Notes: generated from the sequence alone by a model not told the origin. 64,000 nucleotides of DNA from an uncultured Collinsella sp. (GCA_958347015.1 CATVTV010000003.1:77462-141461); one strand, 5' to 3'. Positions 48,342 through 58,685 are shown, counted from the first letter of the stretch. Program-made: numbers and translations.

Positions 48342-49256
48342 CTACTCCTCCCCCATGAACTCGCCGGCATTGCGGCGCAGCCACTCAAAGCACAGTGCGG
48401 TGGTCGCCTGGGCCACGTTGAGGCTCTCGGTCATGCCGCGCTGGGGAAGCTTGGTCAAAAAGTCGCATTTCTCGAGCACCAGGCGCGAGATGCCGTCGCC
48501 CTCGGAGCCCATGACGAGCGCCACGCGGCCCTCGAAGGGAGCATCCCAGCAGCTGCCCTCGGCGTGCTCGGAGGCACCGCCCACCCAAAAGCCAGCGGCC
48601 TTGAGGTCGTCGAGTGCACGGGCGATATTGGGAACCTGCGCGATAGGCAGATGCATGACGGCGCCGGCGGAAGTCTTGTAGCTGCCAACGGTCACGCCGG
48701 CAGCGCGCTTGTTGGCAATGATGACACCGGCCGCGCCCACAACCTCGGCGGAGCGCACGATGGCGCCAAAGTTGCCGTCGTCGGTCACATGGTCGAGCAC
48801 AACGACGAGCGCCGGACCGTCGCCCGCACGGTCGAGGATATCGGCAACATCAGCATAGGGGAAGTTACCAACCTCGAGCGCAATGCCCTGGTGAGCGCCA
48901 TGACTCGACAGCGCATCGAGCTGCGCGCGCGGCACATACTTAATGCGGACGCCCGCGGCGTTGAGGTCGTCGACCAGGCGCGACAAGGCGGCATCGCGCT
49001 CCCCGCCCTCAGCGATGAGCGCGCACTTGACGGGAAAGCCGGTACGCAGCGCCTCGGCGGCGGCACGGCGACCTTCGATAAACTCGCCCTTGGGAACCTG
49101 GACAGCATCGCGGTTGCGATCGCGCTGCGGACGTGCGGCCTGGGTACGATCGCGCTGGCCCTTGGGAGCGGCAGCGCGGTCGTTGCGGCGACCCGGACGC
49201 GAGCCAGAAGCAGCCTGCTTGCCTCCACGCGGTGCACGCTTGCGATTGTCGGCCAT
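48342..49256 (-). CDS. rlmB: 23S rRNA G2251 2'-O-methyltransferase (SPOUT)
   Basis: HQGI, DHVTDDGNFGAIVRSA, MGSEGDG, ESLNVA. Confidence 0.92.
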   Translation of the reverse strand: MADNRKRAPRGGKQAASGSRPGRRNDRAAAPKGQRDRTQAARPQRDRNRDAVQVPKGEFIEGRRAAAEALRTGFPVKCALIAEGGERDAALSRLVDDLNAAGVRIKYVPRAQLDALSSHGAHQGIALEVGNFPYADVADILDRAGDGPALVVVLDHVTDDGNFGAIVRSAEVVGAAGVIIANKRAAGVTVGSYKTSAGAVMHLPIAQVPNIARALDDLKAAGFWVGGASEHAEGSCWDAPFEGRVALVMGSEGDGISRLVLEKCDFLTKLPQRGMTESLNVAQATTALCFEWLRRNAGEFMGEE

Positions 49257-49399
49257 AAAACGGCCTCCTTAAATAGATAACGGACAAGAATCGACCGTCC
49301 GAGCCACGGCACCTTGCCTTTCAATCGTCGGGCATGACCACCAGGTCTATGCCCTCCTCTTTCAAGGCAATCTGCCGCACCTCGAACGGTCGACAAATA

Positions 49400-50866
49400 C
49401 TAGAGACTCTTAATACGAGTGCCAGCGGCAGTATCCTCGATCGTCAGGCCCAGATCCTTGAGCTGGTCGCGGATGGCGTCGGCCAGATCCCAGTTCTTGG
49501 CGGCGCGGGCCTCGGCGCGGGCCTCGAGAATCTTGGCAGCGGCCTCGTCCACGTCGTCACCCGTGTAGGCAACCAAACCGGCGGCAACGCCCAGCAGGCC
49601 CAGCGGCAACTCGACCTTGGGCTCGGGGAGCTCAACGCCAAGCGTATCGAGCAGCTCGGCCAGCGTGTCGGCGGCGGCAAGCGCGGCGGCCTTGGCGGCA
49701 GCGTCGCCCGCCTGCTCCAGGTACTGGTTGCACTCGGTCACAAAGCCAAAGACAGCACCCATGGCACCAGCGGTGTTAAAGTCGTCGTCCATGCACTCCT
49801 TAAAGGCAGCACGAGTCTCAGCGGCCTTGGCGGCAAATGCCTCGGCGGCAGCCACATCGGCATCGGCCGTCGCATGGTTCGCGGCCCAGCGCAGGTTCTC
49901 GACCGTACCGGCGATACGCGTGAGCGAGTTCTCGGCACCCTCCAGGCGCTCCCAAGAAAAGTCGAGCGGCGAGCGATAGCTCGTCTGCAGCATCAGCAGG
50001 CGCAGGGCGGCAGCGGAGTGCTGCTCGAGGACCTCGGCCAGCGTAAAGAAGTTGCCGAGCGACTTGGACATCTTCTCGCCGTCTACCAGCAGCATGCCCG
50101 TGTGCATCCAGGTGTTGGAGAAGCCCTGGTACCAGGCGCAGGTGGCCTGGGCGCACTCGTTCTCGTGATGCGGGAAAGCAAGGTCGGAGCCGCCGCCGTG
50201 GATGTCAATCGGAGTGCCCAGGTAGCGGTGCACCATGGCGGCACACTCGGTGTGCCAACCGGGACGGCCCTCGCCCCAGGGGCTCGGCCAGCTGGGCTCG
50301 CCCGGCTTGGCGGCCTTCCACAGGGCAAAGTCGAGCGGGTCGTTCTTGTCCTCGTTCTCCTCGATGCGCGCGCCAACCATAAGGTCGTCGATGTTACGGC
50401 CCGAGACCTGACCATAGTTGGGATCGCTGCGCACGGCAAAGTACACATCGCCGTTATCGGCTGCGTAAGCGTGGCCCTGCTCGATAAGCGTCTTGATCAT
50501 GGCGATCATGGGGCCGATTTCCTTGGTGGCGCGGGGACGCACATCGGGATCGAGCACGTTGGCGGCGCGCATGACGCCGATGAACTTGTCGGAAAACTCC
50601 GTTGCGACCTCGGCAGCCGTGCGGCCCTGCTCGTTGGCGCGCTTGATGATCTTGTCGTCGACATCGGTGAGGTTCTGGGCGAACGTGACCTCGTAGCCGC
50701 TCGCGATGAGCCAGCGACGAATCACGTCAAAGCTGATGAACGTGCGGGCATTGCCGATGTGGATGTTGTCGTAGACCGTGGGGCCGCACACGTACATGCG
50801 GACCTTGCCGGACTCGATGGGCTGGAACTCTTCCTTTTTATGGGTAGCGCTGTTGTAGATACGCAT
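49400..50866 (-). CDS. cysS: Cysteine--tRNA ligase
   Basis: CGPTVY, HIGN, GRPGWHTEC, KMSKS. Confidence 0.98.
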   Translation of the reverse strand: MRIYNSATHKKEEFQPIESGKVRMYVCGPTVYDNIHIGNARTFISFDVIRRWLIASGYEVTFAQNLTDVDDKIIKRANEQGRTAAEVATEFSDKFIGVMRAANVLDPDVRPRATKEIGPMIAMIKTLIEQGHAYAADNGDVYFAVRSDPNYGQVSGRNIDDLMVGARIEENEDKNDPLDFALWKAAKPGEPSWPSPWGEGRPGWHTECAAMVHRYLGTPIDIHGGGSDLAFPHHENECAQATCAWYQGFSNTWMHTGMLLVDGEKMSKSLGNFFTLAEVLEQHSAAALRLLMLQTSYRSPLDFSWERLEGAENSLTRIAGTVENLRWAANHATADADVAAAEAFAAKAAETRAAFKECMDDDFNTAGAMGAVFGFVTECNQYLEQAGDAAAKAAALAAADTLAELLDTLGVELPEPKVELPLGLLGVAAGLVAYTGDDVDEAAAKILEARAEARAAKNWDLADAIRDQLKDLGLTIEDTAAGTRIKSL

Positions 50867-50869
50867 TCG

Positions 50870-51364
50870 TTACTCCTTAACGGTTTTCTGTAGCAGGCAG
50901 ACGGCCCAGGCGCCGATTCCCTCGCCCTGGCCTTCCCAACCGAGCTTTTCGGTCGTGGTGGCGGCGACGCCCACGTTTTCGACGTCAACGCCCAGGGCAT
51001 GGGCAAGGTTGGCGCGCATGGCATCGCGGTGCGGGGTGATCTTGGGTTGCTGACAGGCAATGGTGCAGTCGGCATCGACAAACTCAAAGCCCAGCTCGCG
51101 CGCATAGTCCATCACGCGGGCGAGCAGCACCATCGAATCAGCACCCTCGTAGGCAGGATCGGTGTCGGGGAATAGCTTGCCGATATCTCCCCCGCGGCAG
51201 GCGCCCAGAATGGCATCGGCCAAGGCGTGCGCGAGCACATCGGCATCCGAGTGGCCCAGCAGGCCGCGCTCGTAGGGAATGTCGACCCCGCCGATGATAC
51301 ATCGACGCCCCTCCACCAAACGGTGGACGTCGTAGCCGTGGCCAATGCGCAGGTTACTGAACAT
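50870..51364 (-). CDS. ispF: MEcPP synthase
   Basis: GHGYDVH, GHSDADV, GDIG. Confidence 0.96.
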   Translation of the reverse strand: MFSNLRIGHGYDVHRLVEGRRCIIGGVDIPYERGLLGHSDADVLAHALADAILGACRGGDIGKLFPDTDPAYEGADSMVLLARVMDYARELGFEFVDADCTIACQQPKITPHRDAMRANLAHALGVDVENVGVAATTTEKLGWEGQGEGIGAWAVCLLQKTVKE

Positions 51365-52082
51365 GGGGAAGGTCCTCTCCCTCGGCCATGCGACCGAGCA
51401 GAATCGCGGTTACGGGACGCAGGTCCTCGGGCACCGTCACCTTAAGGTTGTCGCGTGGGCTCTGGACGCAGCGGACGCACCCACCCATGCGCTCGACCAG
51501 CGATGAATCGTCGGTACCGATAAAACCCTCGGCGATAGCAGCGGCGTGAGCGCGCTTCATGGCGTCGACGCTAAAAATCTGCGGCGTCTGCGCGGCCCAA
51601 TAGAGCTCGCGCGGCGGCGTCTCGACGATATTATCGCCGTCGACGATCTTGAGCGTGTCGATCGCGGGCTGACCGCACACGACACCGTCGAGCGAGCGGT
51701 CACCCATGAGCACGTCGATAGCGTGGTCGATGGCCTCGGTCGTAATGAGCGGACGAGCACCATCGTGGATGGCGACATATTCGAAACCCGCCGGAACCGC
51801 ATGCACGCCGGCACGGGTGGAATCCTGGCGGGTCGCGCCGGCATCGGCAAAGCTGATGGGCGTGTCATAGTCAAACGGGTCGATGGCCAGGCGGCGCATC
51901 TCGGCACGGCGCTCGGCAGGGCACACCACCACGATGTGGCCGACCTTGTCGCTACGATCGAACGCGCGGATGGACCAGCTCATGAGCGGACGGCCCGCCA
52001 CGTTAACGAGCTGCTTGCCGCCGGGATTTCCAAAGCGCTGGCCGCTGCCACCGGCAACGACCACGGCGCATACGGGCGCCAT
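51354..52082 (-). CDS. ispD: MEP cytidylyltransferase
   Basis: AGGSGQRFG..KQ, HDGARP, QTPQ, NLKVTVPED. Confidence 0.95.
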   Translation of the reverse strand: MAPVCAVVVAGGSGQRFGNPGGKQLVNVAGRPLMSWSIRAFDRSDKVGHIVVVCPAERRAEMRRLAIDPFDYDTPISFADAGATRQDSTRAGVHAVPAGFEYVAIHDGARPLITTEAIDHAIDVLMGDRSLDGVVCGQPAIDTLKIVDGDNIVETPPRELYWAAQTPQIFSVDAMKRAHAAAIAEGFIGTDDSSLVERMGGCVRCVQSPRDNLKVTVPEDLRPVTAILLGRMAEGEDLPHVQ

Positions 52083-53149
52083 TATGCGTTCCCCTGTTTG
52101 GTGCCCTTCATGCGGTACAACGAGTCCGCAAGAATGGCAGGGTTGTTGACGCCAAAGTCGCCTAGGCGCTCCGGATCCTCGCTGATGTCGTCCATGAGCT
52201 CCTGCAGCGAGCCGTACTCGTCGACGATCTTCTCGGCCACGCCGTCGCGCACGACGGACACACGCGAAAGCGTGCGCAGGCCCAGCGGCGTCATGACGGA
52301 GTCCTCGTCCAGGTCGTCATAGCCCAGAACTGCCGCCACGTGTTGCGGGTCGGACAGGTCCTTAGGCGTCATGCGAGCGAGCTCTGCACGAATCTTCTCG
52401 GCATTAGCCTCGGAAGAATCACTTGCATAGTCGCGAATCATCAGGTCGTACTCGGTATCCATGCTGGAGCCGGCGAGCTGCTCGAGCTGCATCTGCACGA
52501 GCTTGCCCTGGTTGCCCAGCTTGACGATGCAATCCTTAAGCTCGGTCTTTGCCTGCTGCATGATCTCGAAGCTCGAGAAGATGCCAGTGATGTCGGCGAG
52601 CGTGACGTAGTCGTCCAGCTCGAGTGCCGTCAGGCGCAGCAGGGAGCGGTCGAGCGACTGACGGGTGGTCTGGAGCGTGGCGACGAGCTGGTTGACCGAG
52701 CTCATGATGGTGGTGACGGGCTGGATCTCGTAGCTCTTGCCGTGAACGTACACGTTAACGACGGCACGACGAGCCGAGACCGAGATCACGATGGCATCGG
52801 TGAGCACCGACATGCGAGCGGCGGTGCGGTGACGCATGCCCGTCTCGCTCGTGGCAAGCGAGGGGTCGGGATTGAGGTGGAAGTTGGCGCGCAGGATCTG
52901 GGTGAGGTCGCCGTCGATGACGATGGCACCGTCCATCTTGGAGAGCTCGAACAGACGGTTCGAGGTGAACGAAATGTTGAGCGGGAAGCCGTCATTACCG
53001 GCAGCGAGCACGTTTTCGGTGTCGCCGACGCAGATAAGGGCGCCCAGGTGACCGGCGATGATCATGTCGAGGGCGGTGCGGATCGGCTGACCAGGTGCCG
53101 TCAGGCGGATGGCCTGTTCCATACGCTTTTGCAGCTCGTTCTTATCCAA
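52082..53149 (-). CDS. disA: Diadenylate cyclase / DNA integrity scanning protein
   Basis: KMDGAI, ETGMRHRTA, C-terminal HhH-like region. Confidence 0.93.
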   Translation of the reverse strand: MDKNELQKRMEQAIRLTAPGQPIRTALDMIIAGHLGALICVGDTENVLAAGNDGFPLNISFTSNRLFELSKMDGAIVIDGDLTQILRANFHLNPDPSLATSETGMRHRTAARMSVLTDAIVISVSARRAVVNVYVHGKSYEIQPVTTIMSSVNQLVATLQTTRQSLDRSLLRLTALELDDYVTLADITGIFSSFEIMQQAKTELKDCIVKLGNQGKLVQMQLEQLAGSSMDTEYDLMIRDYASDSSEANAEKIRAELARMTPKDLSDPQHVAAVLGYDDLDEDSVMTPLGLRTLSRVSVVRDGVAEKIVDEYGSLQELMDDISEDPERLGDFGVNNPAILADSLYRMKGTKQGNA

Positions 53150-53307
53150 GGCATCGCTCCCATCGTATACGCTCCATAAACGCTAAATAGTTTCTCACGG
53201 TTTGTCCCCGCGGCGCTTGCGAAATCCGATGCTTACAGAATGAGCGAACACAGCTGAGAGCCCAACCCAAATGGGCTGCTTATGTGGTAACATCGGTATT
53301 CACATGA

Positions 53308-53442
53308 ATGAGGGAGTAGTCGCGTGACCGGATTCGCCTCCGGTGGCGCGGTAAGTCAACACACTGGCCGATGCGGCCTGGCTTGCCTTAATGAACGAGA
53401 CTCGTGGCTGTGCGCGCAACGCGTACGCCACGGGTCTTTTTT
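53308..53442 (+). ncRNA. yybP-ykoY (Mn2+) riboswitch with overlapping terminator
   Basis: GAGGGAGTAG..GTCAACAC..CGAGACTC core upstream of mntP; the P1 3' strand can instead form AGACTCGTGGC..GCCACGGGTCT-TTTT. Confidence 0.8.
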
Positions 53443-53497
53443 GTTGCTCCCCTGCCAGAAGTACACGCGGGTTCGCCCGCAGAGAGGGAGCCAGACT

Positions 53498-54076
53498 ATG
53501 GGACTCGCCGAGCTCGTGCTGCTCGCCGTTGGCCTTTCGATGGACGCCTTTGCCGTTTCCATCTGCAAGGGTCTCGGCATGAAAAAGATCAACCTTAAGG
53601 TCGCCGTAGTGCTCGGCCTGTTCTTTGGCGGCTTTCAGGCCGGCATGCCCGTAATCGGATGGGCGCTTGGCAGTCAGTTTATGGGCATCATCGGCCCCAT
53701 CGACCACTGGATCGCCTTTATCCTTTTGGCCTTTATCGGCGGCAAAATGCTGTGGGAGGCCTTTACCGAGGACGAGGATGAAGGCGACGGCAAGGATGCC
53801 GAAAAGATTGACCTGGGCGAGTACCTGATCCTCGCCATTGCCACCTCAATCGACGCCCTAGCCGTGGGCATCTCGTTTGCGGCACTCTCGGTCGACATCG
53901 TGCCCGCTGTATCGCTTATCGGCATCACAACGTTTATCTTCTCCGTCGCCGGCGTGGCGATCGGCCACACCTTTGGCGCGCGCTACGAAAAACCCGCCAC
54001 CATCGTGGGTGGCGTCGTGCTCATCCTCATTGGGCTTAAGATTTTGCTTGAGCATCTGGGGATTCTCGCGATATAA
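53498..54076 (+). CDS. mntP: Manganese efflux pump
   Basis: LSMDAFAVS, DHWIAF, ATSIDALAVG. Confidence 0.93.
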   Translation: MGLAELVLLAVGLSMDAFAVSICKGLGMKKINLKVAVVLGLFFGGFQAGMPVIGWALGSQFMGIIGPIDHWIAFILLAFIGGKMLWEAFTEDEDEGDGKDAEKIDLGEYLILAIATSIDALAVGISFAALSVDIVPAVSLIGITTFIFSVAGVAIGHTFGARYEKPATIVGGVVLILIGLKILLEHLGILAI

Positions 54077-54117
54077 AAAACGCCTCTCATAAGCTCAACG
54101 TCAACATAGAGGCCTCA

Positions 54118-54185
54118 TGCAGAGTTTTGCATGAGGCCTTTTCATGCAGACTTTTGCATGTCATACTGATATGCAAAAGTCTGCA
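54118..54185 (+). promoter_or_regulatory. Three palindromic operators upstream of hipBA
   Basis: TGCAGAGTTTTGCA, TGCAGACTTTTGCA, TGCAAAAGTCTGCA at 54118/54145/54172. Confidence 0.75.
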
Positions 54186-54200
54186 CGTTAGGAGATCGCC

Positions 54201-54632
54201 GTGGATACCCTTCCCATCACCACACCACGCCAAGCTGGCGTCTACGTGCGCCGGGCACGCGAGGCGCAAGGGATCACCCGTGCCGTCCTCGCTAAAAAGG
54301 CCGGTGTTTCGGAGCGCCTGCTCGCATCGCTCGAGCTGGGAGATGCCACGGGTATTCGGCTCGACAAGTTGCTGACCGTCTTTAACGCACTCGGCATAGG
54401 TCTCTTCGCGCAAAGCGATAACGACTCCATCGCATCGCCCTCCGAACATCCGACGACGATAGTGAACCTCCCTATCGCGAACTCGAATACCCTGCCAAAG
54501 CCAAGCGTAGGCAGACGACCCACTCGACAAGGAACGCCATCTTCCTATGGTGCCTTGCTGGCCCAAATCGCAGCCGAGCAAGGCCTTTCCGGCACTTCAA
54601 ACCTCTCCTTTGGCTGCAAGGTTGTGAAATAA
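54201..54632 (+). CDS. hipB: XRE-family HTH antitoxin (HipB-like)
   Basis: VRRAREAQGITRAVLAKKAGVSERLLASLELG; abuts hipA. Confidence 0.8.
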   Translation: MDTLPITTPRQAGVYVRRAREAQGITRAVLAKKAGVSERLLASLELGDATGIRLDKLLTVFNALGIGLFAQSDNDSIASPSEHPTTIVNLPIANSNTLPKPSVGRRPTRQGTPSSYGALLAQIAAEQGLSGTSNLSFGCKVVK

Positions 54633-55937
54633 ATGGCAGAGATGGAACTCGCGACCCTCATTTGTGGCGAAATCGCCGGCACTCTCCGGCAAGACGAGCA
54701 TGGACTCTGCAGCTTTGCATACGCCCCAACCTATCGCGGAGCACCGTTATCGCTAACAATGCCGCTTTCCAATCGCACGTATGGCCATAACATCGTCCGC
54801 CCGTTCCTATTTGGCCTTTTGCCCGACAGTCAAGAGCAGCGTCGCGCTATTGCCACCGATCATGATGTTGCATCCAACAACCCCGTCGCCCTCTTGTGCC
54901 ATATCGGTCTTGACTGCGCGGGGGCCGTTCAGTTTTGTCAAGCCGATCAATTAGACGCCGCCCGCGGCAGGGTCTCGGCATACCGCCCGCTTACCAATTC
55001 TCAAATCGCTCACAAGCTCAAAGCAATTCGCGATGACGAAAGAGAGACATGGATGGGCTCCAACGAAAGCTGGTCCCTGGGCGGCAATCAAGGCAAATTT
55101 GCACTAGCTTGGCATGATGGCCAATGGTGCGAATGTCTAGGGTCATCCCCCACTACCCATATCTTCAAAAATGGTGTCGCTGGGTTCAAACATCAGGCCT
55201 TAAACGAATTCGTCTGCATGAAAACGGCTCGGCGTGTTGGCATTCCAACTGCCAACGCCTCCTATTGCACATTTGAAGACGAAGCCGCGCTCGTCGTTGA
55301 ACGGTACGACAGAATGGTCAATAGCAGCGGAAATATCGAAAGGCTGCATCAGGAGGACTTTTGCCAGGCGCTCGGTGTATTGCCAAGCCAGAAATACACC
55401 GCCGACGGAGGACCAACTACACGAGACATCCAAGAACGACTGATTAACACAGTCCCCCACCACATGAATCTTGTGCTTTTTACCTATATGTTGTTCTATA
55501 ACGCCATTATCGGAGCGCCTGACGCACACGCTAAAAACTACTCGCTCATCCTTGGCAAAGGCACAAACGCGGCGCTCGCACCCATGTACGATGCCGCATC
55601 GGGCTTAGCATACGAACGTATGCGGCGAAAAGCGCGCCTCGCCATGAGCGTTGGCGGCGAGAACCGTGTGGGGCGCATCGGACCCAACGCAATTCGCCGA
55701 TACCACGGTATGGGCGACCCCGCGCTGGAGGCGGCGCTCACCGATGCCGGGCTATCCGAGAAGTTTTGCTTTGCGACCATGATGGACCTCGCCTACGAGG
55801 TACCCATTTGCATGGAAGAGGTCATGGACGAATACGCCGACCTGCCCGGCATGGCGGACCTGCGCGAGCATATGCTCGGCCCCGTCCGCGAAAACTGCCA
55901 GCGCACCCTCGACCTCATCAAGGCGGATATGGGCTAG
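54633..55937 (+). CDS. hipA: HipA-family kinase toxin
   Basis: LSLTMP, GLLPD, SLGGNQGK, HQEDFCQALG, DAHAKNYS, LAPMYD. Confidence 0.93.
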   Translation: MAEMELATLICGEIAGTLRQDEHGLCSFAYAPTYRGAPLSLTMPLSNRTYGHNIVRPFLFGLLPDSQEQRRAIATDHDVASNNPVALLCHIGLDCAGAVQFCQADQLDAARGRVSAYRPLTNSQIAHKLKAIRDDERETWMGSNESWSLGGNQGKFALAWHDGQWCECLGSSPTTHIFKNGVAGFKHQALNEFVCMKTARRVGIPTANASYCTFEDEAALVVERYDRMVNSSGNIERLHQEDFCQALGVLPSQKYTADGGPTTRDIQERLINTVPHHMNLVLFTYMLFYNAIIGAPDAHAKNYSLILGKGTNAALAPMYDAASGLAYERMRRKARLAMSVGGENRVGRIGPNAIRRYHGMGDPALEAALTDAGLSEKFCFATMMDLAYEVPICMEEVMDEYADLPGMADLREHMLGPVRENCQRTLDLIKADMG

Positions 55938-55967
55938 ACGCCCGCAATTTCCCATTTCCCAAAAGAA

Positions 55968-56007
55968 GAGAGGGGGCACCTGTCGCAAAGACCGGGTGCC
56001 CCCTCTC
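55968..56007. terminator. Terminator between convergent hipA and pepD
   Basis: GAGAGGGGGCACC..GGTGCCCCCTCTC. Confidence 0.75.
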
Positions 56008-56062
56008 GTAATGTCATTTGCAATCCGCTAGCACGTGGCTCGGACTGCCGTTAGCGCAACCT

Positions 56063-57520
56063 TTACGCAGCGAGGCGCTTGAGGACGTCGATGAGCAGCT
56101 CGTAGAAGCGCTCGGCAGAAGCGAGCTCCATGCTCTCGTCCGGGGTGTGGACATCGGAGAGCGTCGGGCCCACGGCGATGGCATCCAGGCCGTGCAGGGC
56201 CTCGGCAAACAGACCGCACTCAAGGCCGGCGTGAATGGACTCGATTCGTAGCTCGGAGCCAAAGAGCTCGCGATAGCTCTCGACAAAGATGTCGCGGACC
56301 GGCGAATGCTCGGCATAGCTCCAGCCGGGATACTCGAACTCAAACTTGGCGTCGAATCCCAGGACATCGGCCAGCGTCTGCAGGCGGTCCTTGAACTCGT
56401 TCTGCAGCGAGGTGATCGAGGAGCGCGGGGACAGCATGATCTTGACCTGGTCGTCAGAGGTGGCAACCACGCCGATGTTGGAGGAAACCTCGACGGAGCC
56501 GTCGGTGGCGACGTTGCGGCGGATCACACCGTTGGGGGCAAGACGCAGAGCGCGAATAAGGGCAAGTGCGGACTTCTCGTCCATGGCCTCGACCTCAGTG
56601 TTGTCGGCAATCTCAACCGTGCAGGTAAAGCCGGGGTCGAAGACCTCGAGCTCGGCAGTAACGTCGGCGATGATGCCCTTTGCGATCTGGGCCGCGGCCT
56701 CGGCGGCAGCGTGGTCGGCGTAGACCAGAACAGCCTTGCACTCACGGTTGATGGCGTTGTCCTTGGTGCCGCCGTTAAAGCTAACGATGGCGGGCTCGCC
56801 GGCAACCATCAGGCGGTCGATGATGCGGGCCATGATGAGGTTGCCGTTGCCGCGCTCCAGGTTGATATCGCTGCCGGAGTGGCCGCCCAGCAGGCCGGAG
56901 ATGTCGAGCGTGAGGGTGCTACCGGTCTTGTGCTCGCGCACGATGGGGCAGGTGTAGGTAACGACGACACCGCCGGCGCAGCTGACGGTAGCAACGCCCT
57001 CTTCCTCGGAGTCAAGGTTAATCATGGTGCGGGCGCTAATCTGGGACTTGTCGAGCGTCTCGGCGCCGACCAGGCCAGTCTCCTCGTCGGTGGTGAATAC
57101 GCACTCGAGGGCGGGGTGAACGATCGAATCGTCATCGAGAACAGTGAGCATCAGAGCGACGGCAATACCGTTGTCGGCGCCCAGAGTGGTGCCGTTAGCG
57201 GTGAGGACGCCGTCCTTGACGACCAGGTCGATACCATCAGTCGTAAAGTCGTGCTCAACGGAGCCCAGCTTGTCGCACACCATGTCGATGTGGCCCTGCA
57301 GCATCACGGTCGGGGCATTCTCGGCACCGGCAGATGCGGGCTTGCGAATGATAACGTTGTAGACCTCGTCCTGATACACATCGAGACCGCGCTCCTTGGC
57401 AAACGCGACCAGGAAATCGCTGATGCCCTTCTCGTTGCCAGACCCACGGGGGATCGCGCTGACCTCCTCAAAGAAATGGAACAGCTGGGCGGGCTCGTAG
57501 CCGGTAATCTTGTAGTCCAT
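56063..57520 (-). CDS. pepD: Aminoacyl-histidine dipeptidase (M20C)
   Basis: LQGHIDMV, TLGADNGI, DEETG, IHAGLECG, HTPDE. Confidence 0.92.
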   Translation of the reverse strand: MDYKITGYEPAQLFHFFEEVSAIPRGSGNEKGISDFLVAFAKERGLDVYQDEVYNVIIRKPASAGAENAPTVMLQGHIDMVCDKLGSVEHDFTTDGIDLVVKDGVLTANGTTLGADNGIAVALMLTVLDDDSIVHPALECVFTTDEETGLVGAETLDKSQISARTMINLDSEEEGVATVSCAGGVVVTYTCPIVREHKTGSTLTLDISGLLGGHSGSDINLERGNGNLIMARIIDRLMVAGEPAIVSFNGGTKDNAINRECKAVLVYADHAAAEAAAQIAKGIIADVTAELEVFDPGFTCTVEIADNTEVEAMDEKSALALIRALRLAPNGVIRRNVATDGSVEVSSNIGVVATSDDQVKIMLSPRSSITSLQNEFKDRLQTLADVLGFDAKFEFEYPGWSYAEHSPVRDIFVESYRELFGSELRIESIHAGLECGLFAEALHGLDAIAVGPTLSDVHTPDESMELASAERFYELLIDVLKRLAA

Positions 57521-57668
57521 GGTGCCTCCTTGGCGCAACTGGTTAGACAGTAAGACATGCGACTTGTATATTCCCAGACTTTGCGTGCATAAACCAGTCG
57601 AAAACGCCGAGCGCCCTCGCATCATCGGCTAACGGCGAGGAAACGCCACTTTATCAAGATAAAGCATG

Positions 57669-58196
57669 TTAGACGGGCCGTGCCGAAGGGACGTTGGACC
57701 CTTCAACCAACTTCAACGCCTGTTGAACATTAATGCATACACCATTGGTATGTTTGATGAGATTTTTGTCCTCTGTCACGACGTAATCGGCATCAATGCG
57801 ATTGGCGACGCCCAGCATCAGGTCGTCCTCAAAGTCGTTGTGATGATACTTGAACACAAAGGAGTCGAAGACCTCGTCTGCACCGACCGAGGCAATAATC
57901 GACTTTTGCCGAATCAGGCGAACGCACGCCCACGCTGTCTCGTCGGCACCGGCGATGGCTTCGGGAGTGAGAGCCCCCTCACGGCGGGCGTCGGCCTTCA
58001 TCGTCCTTCCCAGAATGTAATAGACGTCTTTGACAGACAGGGAGGACGAGAAGAGGACGATATCCTCCGCTTCCGCCGCGCGAGAAAGGAGCTCGACTAT
58101 CGGCCTGGTCGCATTCGTACGAGCGAGAAAGTAATCTAGCCAGACGTTCGTGTCGATCAACAGCTTGAGCACACGTTTCGTTCCGACGCCGCTCAT
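57669..58196 (-). CDS. PIN-domain (VapC-like) toxin
   Basis: LLIDTNVWLD, DFEDD, VVTEDK. Confidence 0.85.
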   Translation of the reverse strand: MSGVGTKRVLKLLIDTNVWLDYFLARTNATRPIVELLSRAAEAEDIVLFSSSLSVKDVYYILGRTMKADARREGALTPEAIAGADETAWACVRLIRQKSIIASVGADEVFDSFVFKYHHNDFEDDLMLGVANRIDADYVVTEDKNLIKHTNGVCINVQQALKLVEGSNVPSARPV

Positions 58197-58561
58197 AATT
58201 CGATCCAATCGCTGAATCTCTCGATCATCATTTGATCGTATAACTCGTCGTAATCAAAGGCTTCATCGGGGCTCGGCCTCTGAATCGAGAACCGCTCATA
58301 AAAATTCGAAATTAACGCAGCCCCTTCCGAGACGCGGGACGAACTCGCCTTCGATCGTATGTCGTCAGGCAGGACTTCGTCATCATTCTTTTTTGCGACG
58401 GGCATATGACCGTTCTCGGTCAAGTACTGCCACAGCTCCCTCACAGCTTGTGACGGCGTCATGCCAATATGAGTCAGTACGGCGTCTCCTGCCTCTTTGA
58501 GCTGGCGATCTATACGCACGTTCATCTGAACTGGCCGCGTGTCGAGTATTGATGTAGGCAT
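58193..58561 (-). CDS. RelB/DinJ-like RHH antitoxin
   Basis: QMNVRIDRQLKEAGDAVLTHIGMTPSQAVR; ATGA overlap with the PIN gene. Confidence 0.82.
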   Translation of the reverse strand: MPTSILDTRPVQMNVRIDRQLKEAGDAVLTHIGMTPSQAVRELWQYLTENGHMPVAKKNDDEVLPDDIRSKASSSRVSEGAALISNFYERFSIQRPSPDEAFDYDELYDQMMIERFSDWIEL

Positions 58562-58572
58562 ATCAACTCCTT

Positions 58573-58603
58573 TGCTATACTGAGTCTCAATTTTAGTATA
58601 GCA
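58573..58603. promoter_or_regulatory. Inverted-repeat operator of the relB/PIN module
   Basis: TGCTATACT..AGTATAGCA immediately upstream of the antitoxin RBS. Confidence 0.6.
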
Positions 58604-58630
58604 CGGCAGATTGAAGCACATTTCAATAGA

Positions 58631-58665
58631 AACGGGGGCGCCTCCTTATCGGAAACGCCCCCGTT
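58631..58665 (-). terminator. clpC terminator
   Basis: AACGGGGGCG..CGCCCCCGTT. Confidence 0.75.
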
Positions 58666-58685
58666 ATACAAGGTATGTTTAATCC

